64,000 bases of DNA from Sedimentisphaerales bacterium (GTDB taxonomy: Bacteria; Planctomycetota; Phycisphaerae; Sedimentisphaerales; SM23-30), in assembly GCA_963663805.2 (NCBI GenBank), contig CAXXMR010000002.1:1-64000 (forward strand). Direction: 5' to 3'. Position 1 is the first letter of the stretch. Each line of letters starts with the position of its first letter. Shown piece by piece: positions 20,474-30,314 of the stretch. Below the pieces are notes generated by a model. The model had not been told where the DNA came from. It made no database searches and saw nothing but the letters and a program-made list of their open reading frames with translations. The position numbers and the translations under genes were made by a program.

Positions 20474-20765
20474 GTTTTGTGGTTCCCGGCGGTGGGCCTA
20501 ATTTTAGGTAACTTCTTTATTTTTATCGAGTTGCGTTATTTTTCGCTAAGTTTCAATATATATGATGTATCGGTTATCGCTGGTGACTACGTTAGCGGTG
20601 AGGGTGGTGTTCGTCAAGTAGCGGTATCCGGCGGGGCAAAGTTGGTTTTTTCAGGTTATGGTTGTTTTTGGGGTTTGGGGGCTATACAATCGGGTTGTTG
20701 TTCGGTTTCTGCCTTTTCGGCAGTGGTGTTTATGAGTTATTGAGCAGGTATCAGGACTTTAGAGT

Positions 20766-21938
20766 ATGGATATGATTTTTGGGATTATGACGGTGGTATT
20801 GGGTCAGAGCCAGGCAGAGCCTGCCGGCGGGGTGGGCAAGGCGGTGGCTGATATTTGGTCGAATACCTATCAGGGTAATGAACTTTGGCGTTATTTTGTG
20901 CTTCTGGGTGTTATATTGGGTACATTAGTGGTGGGGCGGATAGTTCGGTTTATACTGGACGAGATATATAAGCGTTGTGAGGTGCGGGAAGGGGTTCATT
21001 TTTTTGAGCTGCTGATGAAGACGATTTCGCGGCCGGCGGCGATGATGATATTTGGTGTCGGCATTTATTTTTCGCGATTGGCGATGGTTTTTGGGGATGC
21101 GGGTTTTTCGGTGGGGATTGAGGACAGTTGGAAGAAGATAGGTCTGGTTATTATGTCGGCGGCGGTGGCGTGGTGGGTTTTTCGACTGGTAGATATTGTG
21201 GAGTACTATCTGCGGAACCTGACCAGTCGTACGGAAACGCCGCTTGACGATATGTTGGTACCGCTGATTCGCAAGAGTTTGCGGATATTTGTGGTGATAG
21301 TTTCGGTGCTATTCATTGCTGACAGTGTGTTGGAAATGGATGTAAAGACGATATTGGCAGCGGCTGGTATTGGCGGTCTGGCGTTTGCTTTGGCGGCTCA
21401 GGATACGGTTAGTAATCTGTTTGGCTCGGTGACGATATTCGCTGACCGGCCTTTTCAGGTTGGTGATCGCATCAAAATTGGCGGTTATGACGGGCCGGTG
21501 GAGGAGGTTGGTTTCCGCAGCACTCGGATACGTACGCTGGATGGTCATCTGGTGAGTGTGCCGAACAGTAAAATTGCTAATGACATGGTTGAGAATATCA
21601 GTAAGCGTCCGACGATAAAGCGAGTTGCCAATATTACTATCACTTATGATACCGAGCCAGCGAAGGTCGAGAAGGCTTTGGCGATAATCAAAGGCATATT
21701 GGCGGAAATACCCGAGATTAACTCCGTGGTTGATTTGCCGCCGCGGGTTTATTTTAACGATTTTAATGAATGGTCGCTGAATATTCTGGTGATATATTGG
21801 GTTTCTCCGCCGGACTACTGGATGTATCTTGATATAGCTGAGCGGGTCAATCTGGCGATGATGCGTGATTTTGAGGCTGAGGGAATAGAATTCGCGTTCC
21901 CGACTCAGACTCTTTATGTGAACAAGAGTGATTCTTGA
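20766..21938 (+). CDS. MscS-family mechanosensitive channel
   Basis: GIGGLAFALAAQD, RPFQVGDRI, GFRSTRIRT, GIEFAFPTQT. Confidence 0.92.
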   Translation: MDMIFGIMTVVLGQSQAEPAGGVGKAVADIWSNTYQGNELWRYFVLLGVILGTLVVGRIVRFILDEIYKRCEVREGVHFFELLMKTISRPAAMMIFGVGIYFSRLAMVFGDAGFSVGIEDSWKKIGLVIMSAAVAWWVFRLVDIVEYYLRNLTSRTETPLDDMLVPLIRKSLRIFVVIVSVLFIADSVLEMDVKTILAAAGIGGLAFALAAQDTVSNLFGSVTIFADRPFQVGDRIKIGGYDGPVEEVGFRSTRIRTLDGHLVSVPNSKIANDMVENISKRPTIKRVANITITYDTEPAKVEKALAIIKGILAEIPEINSVVDLPPRVYFNDFNEWSLNILVIYWVSPPDYWMYLDIAERVNLAMMRDFEAEGIEFAFPTQTLYVNKSDS

Positions 21939-22274
21939 ACGTATAAACGGAATCTGGTCTTTGCGTTATTGTTTGGGCGAGATGTTTTTGAGGTTGCCTG
22001 GCAGTATTGTTAGTGGATATTTGGTTGTGGTGGAAAAAATGCGTTAAGATGAAAGAGAATGGGCAGATAGGTACGATAATAACACTGTTAAGATTGATTT
22101 TTTTGGGGGTTTGGTGTTGATTAAGCTTGACAGTCGGCCAACCGGACACTAAATATTTAGGGTTCAGGGCTGTAAAAGGCGAAAGAGCAGCCCGCATGTT
22201 CGGTCGGAGTTGGCCGGTAGGTACTGGAAAAGCCAGGAAAATTAATTATCATCGAAGTAGAAAGGTAGTTCCTG

Positions 22275-22634
22275 ATGGCAGAAGCAAAGAAAGACGACAA
22301 GAAGACTGAAGCGAACGTAACTGAGAAGGCCGGCGAAGGCCAGCAGATACGTATTAATTTAGATGACAGCCAGGTTGTGAGTAAATACTCGAATTTTTGT
22401 CGGGTAACCGGCTCACCTGAAGAAGTAATTATTGACTTCGCGTTGAATCCGAATCCGTTCAGTCGGCAGGATCAGAACCTGAAGGTCGATGACCGGATGG
22501 TATTGAATTATTTCACGGCGAAACGTTTGTATGCAGCCTTGCAGCAGACGATTATGCGTCATGAGCAGAATTTTGGCGTAATCGAGCTGAATTTCCAGCG
22601 TCGTTTGCAGCCGGGTACTGCTGAGAAGAAGTAG
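22275..22634 (+). CDS. DUF3467-family protein
   Basis: YSNFCRVTGSPEEVIIDF...TAKRLYAALQQTIMRHEQNFGVIE. Confidence 0.8.
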   Translation: MAEAKKDDKKTEANVTEKAGEGQQIRINLDDSQVVSKYSNFCRVTGSPEEVIIDFALNPNPFSRQDQNLKVDDRMVLNYFTAKRLYAALQQTIMRHEQNFGVIELNFQRRLQPGTAEKK

Positions 22635-23458
22635 ATAAAACGGTAGTTTCCGGGTCTTGTGCGGTTATACACAAGACCCGGAGCTGCGATAGCAGCATAG
22701 TAACGCGGCATTGTTAATTTGGATAAAGGTCGGCTCTGGTAAAAGAATCTAGAAATTTTTTTGCAAATGGGGTTGACACCCGGTGTCTGTGGTGATACAT
22801 AGCACTGTAGTATATGCACTTACATGCCCCTTGCGAGAGCGCGGAGATGTGTGCCGGCAGGATTTTAGTGGTGCGGGCAGGCGTTTTCGGGTGGTCGAGC
22901 AGAGGGAGTTATCGGGTGTAAGTGGTTAATTTTGATAAGGTTATGAATGCCCGCGACAAATCAGGTGTCGGACGCGACAGAGGTATTTGCGGGTAGATAA
23001 GACGCGACGGAGCGCAGAGTCGGAAGTAGGCATTTGTCAGTAAAATTAAGTTTGGCTCATCCCGTCGCTTGTATCACTATTGAAAAGGCTATTTGGCCGA
23101 ATAGACCGCAGGAATAAGCGCCTGTCTGCGGTGGAAACAGGGCTGATTTTTGGCAACAGTGTAGTTGTGAGAAGATTGGTTTTGGTCGGTTTTGTAGTGG
23201 AAAATAAGAATTTTTTAGAAAAAGCGTGGAAAAATTAAAAGAAAGGCGTATAAATAGCAGAAAAATAAGACAGTTGGTGAACTGTCTATGGCGATTCGGC
23301 CAACCCGACCGGCGATTGTAGAGTGTGGCAGTCCGGTTGGAAGCGATAGATCGGTAAACAAAAGTATATAATAAGTCAGGTTTTTTAAACTAAAACACTA
23401 ACGGGACAGAATAATAACCTGAAGTTCCGGTTAATAACCGCGAAAGGAGATTCATGTC

Positions 23459-26400
23459 ATGGCTAACGGGCTTCGCAAACTAATCAGGAAGGCTCGCAAG
23501 GAAACACTGGGTACTACGCTGCTGCGTAAGTCCCAAAGGTTCGGCTCGCGTTTGCGTGTCGAGGAACTAGAAGAAAGGATCGCTCCGGCAACAATAGTTA
23601 GTCTGGATACTCCGGGTTGCTTTGCTACCTGGGATGATGGTGGTGTCAATGGCGATGCTACCTTCGATACCAGCGATGGTATTATCGGTATTGGTGAATC
23701 GACCACCACCGGCGTTACGGTTGCAGTAGCGGATATTACAGACGCGACGACCGATGATACGGTATCGTTGAATTTGAGCATCACTGCGGATACGGCGGGT
23801 GCCGGTGCTCGTACGATTTCGATTATCTCGAATAAGGCAATTGGCAATATTGATCTGAGTGGTCTTAGCTCAGCTGCCACCAGTGTAACGCTGGTGATTG
23901 CTTCGGGCCTTAATGTTGCTGACTTTATCGGAGGCGTATCGACCAACACCATAGATGGTGAGACGGTTGTGCTGACAATTGCCGACCAGATTAACCTTGG
24001 TACAGGTGATATCCCGATTGTCAACGGCAACGACTTCGCTACGGCCGGTGATTTGGGTATGGGCAATATTACCCTGCCTTCAGTATCCGGTACTGACATT
24101 GCCTGCGAAATTCACTTTGTAACTGAGGGTACCGGTGCTATTGGCACGATTACCTCGGCAGACACTGACCTGAATATGAGCGGTGCGACAGACAACTGTC
24201 TGATTGATGCCGGTTCGGTTGGCGCGATTAGCTGGGCTGGTGATATCATCCCGGCAGGTAATGCCATCACCTTCACGATTGACAACGACGCTGTAGCGAC
24301 CAACCTTACTTCGCTGAGTGTTGGTGCTGTTACACTTGCTGGTGCTGGTGGCTTCATCGTCAATGCCGAAGGTATCGGTGCTTTGACAACCGGTGCGGTG
24401 ACAATTAGCGGTGCAGGCGGCGTAGCAATTGACGCTGACGCGACTGAAACCAACGATGGCTTGGCCTCGGTTACCATGGGCAATATCACTTTGAGTGGTG
24501 CCGGTGGTGGCGATTTGACTATTGATGGCGGCGTAGGCGGTATAACTGGCCTGACCCAGGTTGGTTCGATTACCAGCACCGCTACCAATGACAGTGATAT
24601 TTTGATTGCTCCGAGTGGTGCAGGCGGCATGGCTGGCTTCACTGCCACGGGTCTGATTTCGACGACCGGTGTTATTGACGGCAGCATTACGATTGGTGCT
24701 GATGGCGCAACCGCCGCTGGTTTGGGCGCGGTAAGCCTGGCAGGTATTACAAATTCCAGTACCGATGGTGGTGCTGACATCAGCTTCCTGGGTCAGAGCA
24801 TTGGCAATATAACCAGCAGTGCTGCTCTTACGACCGCGGCGGGTACGATTCTGTTCGATGCCAACGGTGCGGCTGCTCTGGGTTCGATTGGTGATGTAAC
24901 CATTACTGGTAATGTTAATTCCAGTGGTGCTGGTTTGATTCAGTTTGTCGCTAATGACGATTTGGGCGACATTGATGTGACCGGCAATGTTGGTTCGGTC
25001 GCCGGTGGCGCGATTTCGTTCGTGGCCGATAACGGCGGAACGGCTCTGACTGGTAACGTTGGAACCATTGATGTAACCGGTACGATTGGTGCTGCTTCGG
25101 CGGTAACCTTCCAGGGTTATAACATCGGTGTTACCGGTGGTACTAATGAGCCCACCTCGATAGGTGCCGGTGCAGTAGTGACCTGGTCAGCGGAAAATGA
25201 TATTGCCAACATTAACACTTCGGGCGTTTTGGGTTCCGGTGGTAATACGGCAGTGATTCTGGCGGACAGCGATACTGACGGGACGACCGGTGGCGATATT
25301 GCCTCGGTAATAGCCGGTGGTGCGGCTGTTGTTAATATTGATGGTGTTGACCTGACGCTGCTGCGTTCGGCTGGCGCTATTTCCGGCGATATTGATTTGA
25401 CCGGTGATATTGGTTCAATCATTTCGGGCGGTGCGATTTCGGCTACGATTGACGGTGACAATATTGGCACGGTTCAGTCCGGTCAAGGTGTTGCTGACCA
25501 CATAAGTGCGGCGATTACCGCTACTGGCGACATTGATGTTGTCAATGCCGGTGCCGGTGATATAACGGCTGCCGTTTCGGCTGCTGCTGCTGAGAGCGGT
25601 TCCCCGCTTTATACCGTAATTCATAATGGTAATAGCTATGCGGTGTGGGCGTTCCAGGCTGGTTCGACCACCACAACCGTTTCGGGCGCGACCGCCAACG
25701 TAGTATTTAATGGTGCCGCCGCTCCTCCGACGTTCAGTGTAACCGCGTTGGATACCAATGGCGCAGCGGTTGATGTATATGTAACCAGTCGCGTATCGAC
25801 CGGTGGTGAGCAGGTGTTTACTGATCCCGACGCTCCTTTGTCAGCGGCGACTAGTGTTGAATTGGTTGCCTTGTCGGCCGTAGCTACGACCGATGTTGGT
25901 TCGGTGAACCTGGTCGTAGAAGGTGATTTTGACACGACCAACGTGACAAATGTTACCGTGGCAACTATGCAGGTTGACGGTGATTTGGCTGGTACTCTGA
26001 CCGGCGGCGATATTACCATCGGTGGTGTTGCGGCAGGTGGTCTGACGATTACCTCTAATGTTGGTGTTTTGACAGTTAATGGTGATATTACCGGCGCTCT
26101 GACAATTCAGGGTAATGCGACTGATATTATCGTTAATGGTGATGTCAATGCCAAGATTGATGTAACCGGTACCCTGACCGACATCGTGGTAAACGGTGAT
26201 TTGGCCGCGGAAATTGAAGCCACGGCAATTGCCGGCGGTGTAGATGTAACCGGAGATATGACAGGTGCTGGTATTATTGATGCCACAGCCGGTAACGTTG
26301 GCGACGTATTCGTCGCTGGTGCGATTCTTGCTGGTGCGACAATCACAGCAACTGAAGGCTATGTCACTTCGGTGACTGCCGGCGGTGCTTTGAACGCGAC

Positions 26401-29400
26401 GATAACGGCGAGCAGTACGACATCGACTGTTGCTCAGTATGTAACCGACTTTGCTGACACCAGCACTCTGGTGGCTGGCTCGATTGGTGCGATTTCGTCC
26501 TATGGTCTTCTGGCCGGCGTGATTACTGCCGATGGTAATATTGACAGCGTATCGAACGGCCTGGATATGAATGCGGCAGCAGCTGTTACCGCGGCTATTA
26601 CCGCGGACCTGGGCAGTATTGGCTCGGTAAGTGCCGTTGATGGTGACATTACCGGTGCGATTCTTGCCACAGTTGGTAATATTAATTCGGTAGAAATCAG
26701 CGACTATACCGTTGGTGGTAACTCTGACGTGACGAGTAATATCACTGCCGGTGGCGACATCGACAGCGTTATCGGTGATGACATTACCGGTACGATTATC
26801 GCAAGTCAGGGCACGACGGGCTCTCCGATAACTACCTTCCAGATTGCAGGCGTTGATTATATCTTCGCGGCGACCGGTGCTGACGGCACGACCGCCGCTA
26901 ACGCTATCTTCAACTACACCTTCCTGGCAGGTGCTCTGACGATTACGGCGATTGATAACTGGGATGGTACCGCGGTTCGCGATGCTTCTCTTAATATCTC
27001 GCTGACTACTACGACAACTGATGATGCCGGCAATACGGTTCTGGATGACGCTCAGTTCAATCTGGCTGGTCTGGACTTTGATAATGACAGTATCGTCGGT
27101 GGTGGCAATGTGATTGGCACGCTGACAGTTGAAGGTGCCGCAACCGGTATTAACACTGGTTTGGCTGGTACAATTGACGCTGTTATCGTCGAAGGCGATT
27201 TGGACCCGGTTCTGACCAGCAGCATTGGTGCTGTGGCAGCGGGTTCGGCCAACGGTGTTGATGACCCGACAGCTGCTCAGTTGCAGGCTTTGTTTGTTAA
27301 TCCGGGTGGTGGTGCTGTGACGATCGCTGATCCTGCTGGAACAGCGGCAGTTGCCTACACGATTCCGGTCAGCAATGCCAGTGCCGGTGATGACGTCAGC
27401 TTCGCGATTGGTGACGGAACCAGCTTCAGTAGTGGTCCGGACCTTGAGGCGGGCGACACTGGTGTCTCTGAGTTCATCTTGACGGCGAACACCGATGGTT
27501 CGTTTACCGTTGCTATGTCCAGTGCGTTCGGCCAGGGCAATGGTAACGTCGATGTTGATGGTGACTTGGATTACATGCTGACTGCAATTGACCTTGGCAA
27601 CGTGACGGTTGATGGTTCGATTTTGGTCGGCGGCGGTATCTGGGCCTTCGATGTTGATAATATCGTAGTTGGAACCGCGGGCGACACGACGACCGGTAAT
27701 ATGGCTGGTACAATTACCCAGAGCAGTGCGGTAGCGGCTGGTGCAAGTGACATCGGCACTATCGATATTCTGGGTGATTTCAGCGGTACGATTCAGGCTG
27801 ACGGAGATGTTGGCGTGATTACCCTGGGTCAGCAGATTCTGAATGTTGACGGTTCGGTTGCTCAGGCTGTGGGCGGCATGACCGGCACGGCTCAATTGAT
27901 CGTGGGCGGCGACTGCGGCGCGATTACGGCTGAGCTCGGTATTGATGGTTTGATTATGATAGGCGGCGACGGTGCGAATATTACCGCAAATGGCGGTGCC
28001 CTGGCTGCTGACATATTTGAAGGCGGCGGCGGTGCTGGTGGCGCTATTACCCTTGAGGGTGTTGGCATCACTGGTCAGTTGGCCCTGGGTGCTGTAGCCG
28101 GTAACGGTGGCGCGGTTATCATGAACGTGCTGTCGGCAGTTGATGCCGACCCGGTTGTTTACACGCTGAACGCCGGTGGTGCTCCCGCGATGTATGAGAT
28201 TGCCGCTGGTGCAGTTGATACCACCAACGCCACAGTTGGTCAGATGACCGTCTTTGGCGCGACCGCGGCAATCAACGCGACCGCCAATGGTGTTGCCACT
28301 ATCGATGTTGATCGTTTGATTGATGTTGAAGACGGTCGGTGGGCTCTGACGGTTGAAGGTGACCTGGGCTGGTTGCTGGTAGGCGAAGGTGCCACCACGG
28401 CCCGGACCAGTGAAGCTGTTCAGGCCGAGTTCAACGCTCTGGGCACGACGACGTTCGATGTTGTGGCTGCCCCGACCGTGATGGACACCGCACTAAATGA
28501 TAATGATGTGTTCGACGCCGAGTTGACCGTGGCTGCTGACAATGTAACCGGTGGTATGGTAGTGAACGGCGACTTCTCGCTGGCTGCTGATGTCGCTGGT
28601 GATATTGGCCATATCGTATCGCTGAACGGTGCGATTATGGATAACGCCCTTGGTTTTGCTCTGGCAGTCGAAGTTGATGCTGCGACCAGCATTGGCTCAA
28701 TCGTAGCCAGCAAGGGCATCGACGGTGATTTCCAGGCTGAAGGTCCTATCGCTATCGCGGCAGTTGATCTTGACGCTTTGATTTCGGCTGAGTTCGGTGC
28801 GACTTTGGCTGCCTTTGTACCTGCCTGGTTCACCGGTGGTGTACTGAGTGAAGTAGCCAATATTACTGCCAACTTCGACGCCATGGGTACCGGCAATGAC
28901 GGTGCTTACGTTGGCGGCGATGCCATGGGCCTGGTAAATGCCCCGGTTGGCAATGTAACTGGTGTATACAACATCGCTGGCAACTTTGAAGGTATCCTGG
29001 CTCCTCTGGGTGCTGTAACCGTTGCTAATATCGCCGCCAATTCAATTGGTATGGTGATTGCTCCGGCGACCAATGCCGCGGCTGCCATGGATAATGTTGG
29101 CCTGCAGGTTACCAATGGCGAAGTTGTCGCAACGAGCCTGAACGCGGTGACTGTCGGTGACTTGACGGTTACTCCGGGTGCCGGTGTTGTGGCCATCGTT
29201 GATGGTACCGACGTAACGGCTGTCGGTCTTGGTGCTGCTGGCACGACCCTGGCTTTGGCTGGTGACACTGTTGATGATTTGTTGATTTTTGGCAATACCT
29301 GGGCAGGTGGCATCACTTCGAACGACGTAATCAACACGATTATGGTTGGCGTTCTGGGTGATGGTGCTGTAGCTGCGACCGCCACTCTGGTTGTTGACGA

Positions 29401-30166
29401 CTTCGGAACTATCGAAGGCGACACCAGTGCCATCGCTGTAACCCAGCAGCTGGATCGTGACAATCAGCTTGATACCTTCACGAACATGGCTGGCGTTGAC
29501 CAGACCCTGTACCTGAAGGCTGGTCGCAGGGTAACTGCTGACTGGACGACCGTGTTCGGCAAACTGTCGGATGTGGTTATCAATGGTCGCGGTTCGATCG
29601 ACTTCGCCAGCGCCGTTGGTGCTCTGGATGAAGATGATATGCGTGACATCCTGCGTGCTGGTACCATTGGTGCCGGTACCGCTCATGTCGGTGACATTAC
29701 CCTGACCGACGCCCGTGCCAAACTGAGTGACGTAGTTATTCAGGGTAACGTTGGCGATGTAGCTGCTCAGTTGGGTCAGCTCAAGGGTATTAATGACATG
29801 TACGTTGCTGGTGATGCCGGTGACATTACCGCCAAGAGTATCAAGAATCTTGATATTGTAGGTGATGTTGACAGTGTTCAGGCTGACAAGCTCAGCAAGG
29901 TACAGATTGGTGGCGATGCAGGTAATATTGCTGCCACTAAGGTATCGAAGCTGTTTGTTGGTGATGATGTAACCAGCATGAAGGTTGGTAAAGCCAGCAA
30001 GATCTTTGTTGGTGGTGATACTGCCGAGCTTACCGCTTCTACCAGACTGGTAAACAGTGTATTCAGCGGTAACGTTGTTGATATTCAAATCTTTGGTGCC
30101 AAGGTAAGAAATGCCTCAGCCAATGGTTATGATATTGCTCAGGTAGACTACGAACAGAGAATCTAA
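23459..30166 (+). CDS. Giant secreted or surface protein with LEPR-XLL-like planctomycete leader; beta-helix-like repeats, S-layer/adhesin candidate
   Basis: AAAGGAG RBS; basic leader then LRVEELEERIAPA; 2235 aa rich in G/A/T/V/D/I with many GDI/GNV-type repeats; Lys-rich C-terminus. Confidence 0.8.
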   Translation: MANGLRKLIRKARKETLGTTLLRKSQRFGSRLRVEELEERIAPATIVSLDTPGCFATWDDGGVNGDATFDTSDGIIGIGESTTTGVTVAVADITDATTDDTVSLNLSITADTAGAGARTISIISNKAIGNIDLSGLSSAATSVTLVIASGLNVADFIGGVSTNTIDGETVVLTIADQINLGTGDIPIVNGNDFATAGDLGMGNITLPSVSGTDIACEIHFVTEGTGAIGTITSADTDLNMSGATDNCLIDAGSVGAISWAGDIIPAGNAITFTIDNDAVATNLTSLSVGAVTLAGAGGFIVNAEGIGALTTGAVTISGAGGVAIDADATETNDGLASVTMGNITLSGAGGGDLTIDGGVGGITGLTQVGSITSTATNDSDILIAPSGAGGMAGFTATGLISTTGVIDGSITIGADGATAAGLGAVSLAGITNSSTDGGADISFLGQSIGNITSSAALTTAAGTILFDANGAAALGSIGDVTITGNVNSSGAGLIQFVANDDLGDIDVTGNVGSVAGGAISFVADNGGTALTGNVGTIDVTGTIGAASAVTFQGYNIGVTGGTNEPTSIGAGAVVTWSAENDIANINTSGVLGSGGNTAVILADSDTDGTTGGDIASVIAGGAAVVNIDGVDLTLLRSAGAISGDIDLTGDIGSIISGGAISATIDGDNIGTVQSGQGVADHISAAITATGDIDVVNAGAGDITAAVSAAAAESGSPLYTVIHNGNSYAVWAFQAGSTTTTVSGATANVVFNGAAAPPTFSVTALDTNGAAVDVYVTSRVSTGGEQVFTDPDAPLSAATSVELVALSAVATTDVGSVNLVVEGDFDTTNVTNVTVATMQVDGDLAGTLTGGDITIGGVAAGGLTITSNVGVLTVNGDITGALTIQGNATDIIVNGDVNAKIDVTGTLTDIVVNGDLAAEIEATAIAGGVDVTGDMTGAGIIDATAGNVGDVFVAGAILAGATITATEGYVTSVTAGGALNATITASSTTSTVAQYVTDFADTSTLVAGSIGAISSYGLLAGVITADGNIDSVSNGLDMNAAAAVTAAITADLGSIGSVSAVDGDITGAILATVGNINSVEISDYTVGGNSDVTSNITAGGDIDSVIGDDITGTIIASQGTTGSPITTFQIAGVDYIFAATGADGTTAANAIFNYTFLAGALTITAIDNWDGTAVRDASLNISLTTTTTDDAGNTVLDDAQFNLAGLDFDNDSIVGGGNVIGTLTVEGAATGINTGLAGTIDAVIVEGDLDPVLTSSIGAVAAGSANGVDDPTAAQLQALFVNPGGGAVTIADPAGTAAVAYTIPVSNASAGDDVSFAIGDGTSFSSGPDLEAGDTGVSEFILTANTDGSFTVAMSSAFGQGNGNVDVDGDLDYMLTAIDLGNVTVDGSILVGGGIWAFDVDNIVVGTAGDTTTGNMAGTITQSSAVAAGASDIGTIDILGDFSGTIQADGDVGVITLGQQILNVDGSVAQAVGGMTGTAQLIVGGDCGAITAELGIDGLIMIGGDGANITANGGALAADIFEGGGGAGGAITLEGVGITGQLALGAVAGNGGAVIMNVLSAVDADPVVYTLNAGGAPAMYEIAAGAVDTTNATVGQMTVFGATAAINATANGVATIDVDRLIDVEDGRWALTVEGDLGWLLVGEGATTARTSEAVQAEFNALGTTTFDVVAAPTVMDTALNDNDVFDAELTVAADNVTGGMVVNGDFSLAADVAGDIGHIVSLNGAIMDNALGFALAVEVDAATSIGSIVASKGIDGDFQAEGPIAIAAVDLDALISAEFGATLAAFVPAWFTGGVLSEVANITANFDAMGTGNDGAYVGGDAMGLVNAPVGNVTGVYNIAGNFEGILAPLGAVTVANIAANSIGMVIAPATNAAAAMDNVGLQVTNGEVVATSLNAVTVGDLTVTPGAGVVAIVDGTDVTAVGLGAAGTTLALAGDTVDDLLIFGNTWAGGITSNDVINTIMVGVLGDGAVAATATLVVDDFGTIEGDTSAIAVTQQLDRDNQLDTFTNMAGVDQTLYLKAGRRVTADWTTVFGKLSDVVINGRGSIDFASAVGALDEDDMRDILRAGTIGAGTAHVGDITLTDARAKLSDVVIQGNVGDVAAQLGQLKGINDMYVAGDAGDITAKSIKNLDIVGDVDSVQADKLSKVQIGGDAGNIAATKVSKLFVGDDVTSMKVGKASKIFVGGDTAELTASTRLVNSVFSGNVVDIQIFGAKVRNASANGYDIAQVDYEQRI

Positions 30167-30191
30167 TTTCTGATAGTAGGTTCTAGATAGT

Positions 30192-30233
30192 AAAAGGCCC
30201 GGTTTGGGAAACCAGATCGGGCCTTTCTTTTTT
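30192..30233 (+). terminator. Intrinsic terminator after the giant gene
   Basis: AAAAGGCCCGGTTTGG...CCAGATCGGGCCTTT followed by CTTTTTT. Confidence 0.85.
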
Positions 30234-30314
30234 GTGAGAATGGGGGTTTTCGCTGAGGGGATAATATGATATAATTTGGGATTGACTTATGAACAGTGAG
30301 GTTCAGGAGGCGGT

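Noticed and set aside
23452..30088. Long minus-strand ORFs (e.g. 25841-27895, 29042-30088) and other antisense ORFs over lepB, the PIN/TRAM gene, the sulfatase and the SPFH genes
   Set aside because: These are shadow ORFs caused by biased codon use in the real genes; they carry no recognisable motifs.
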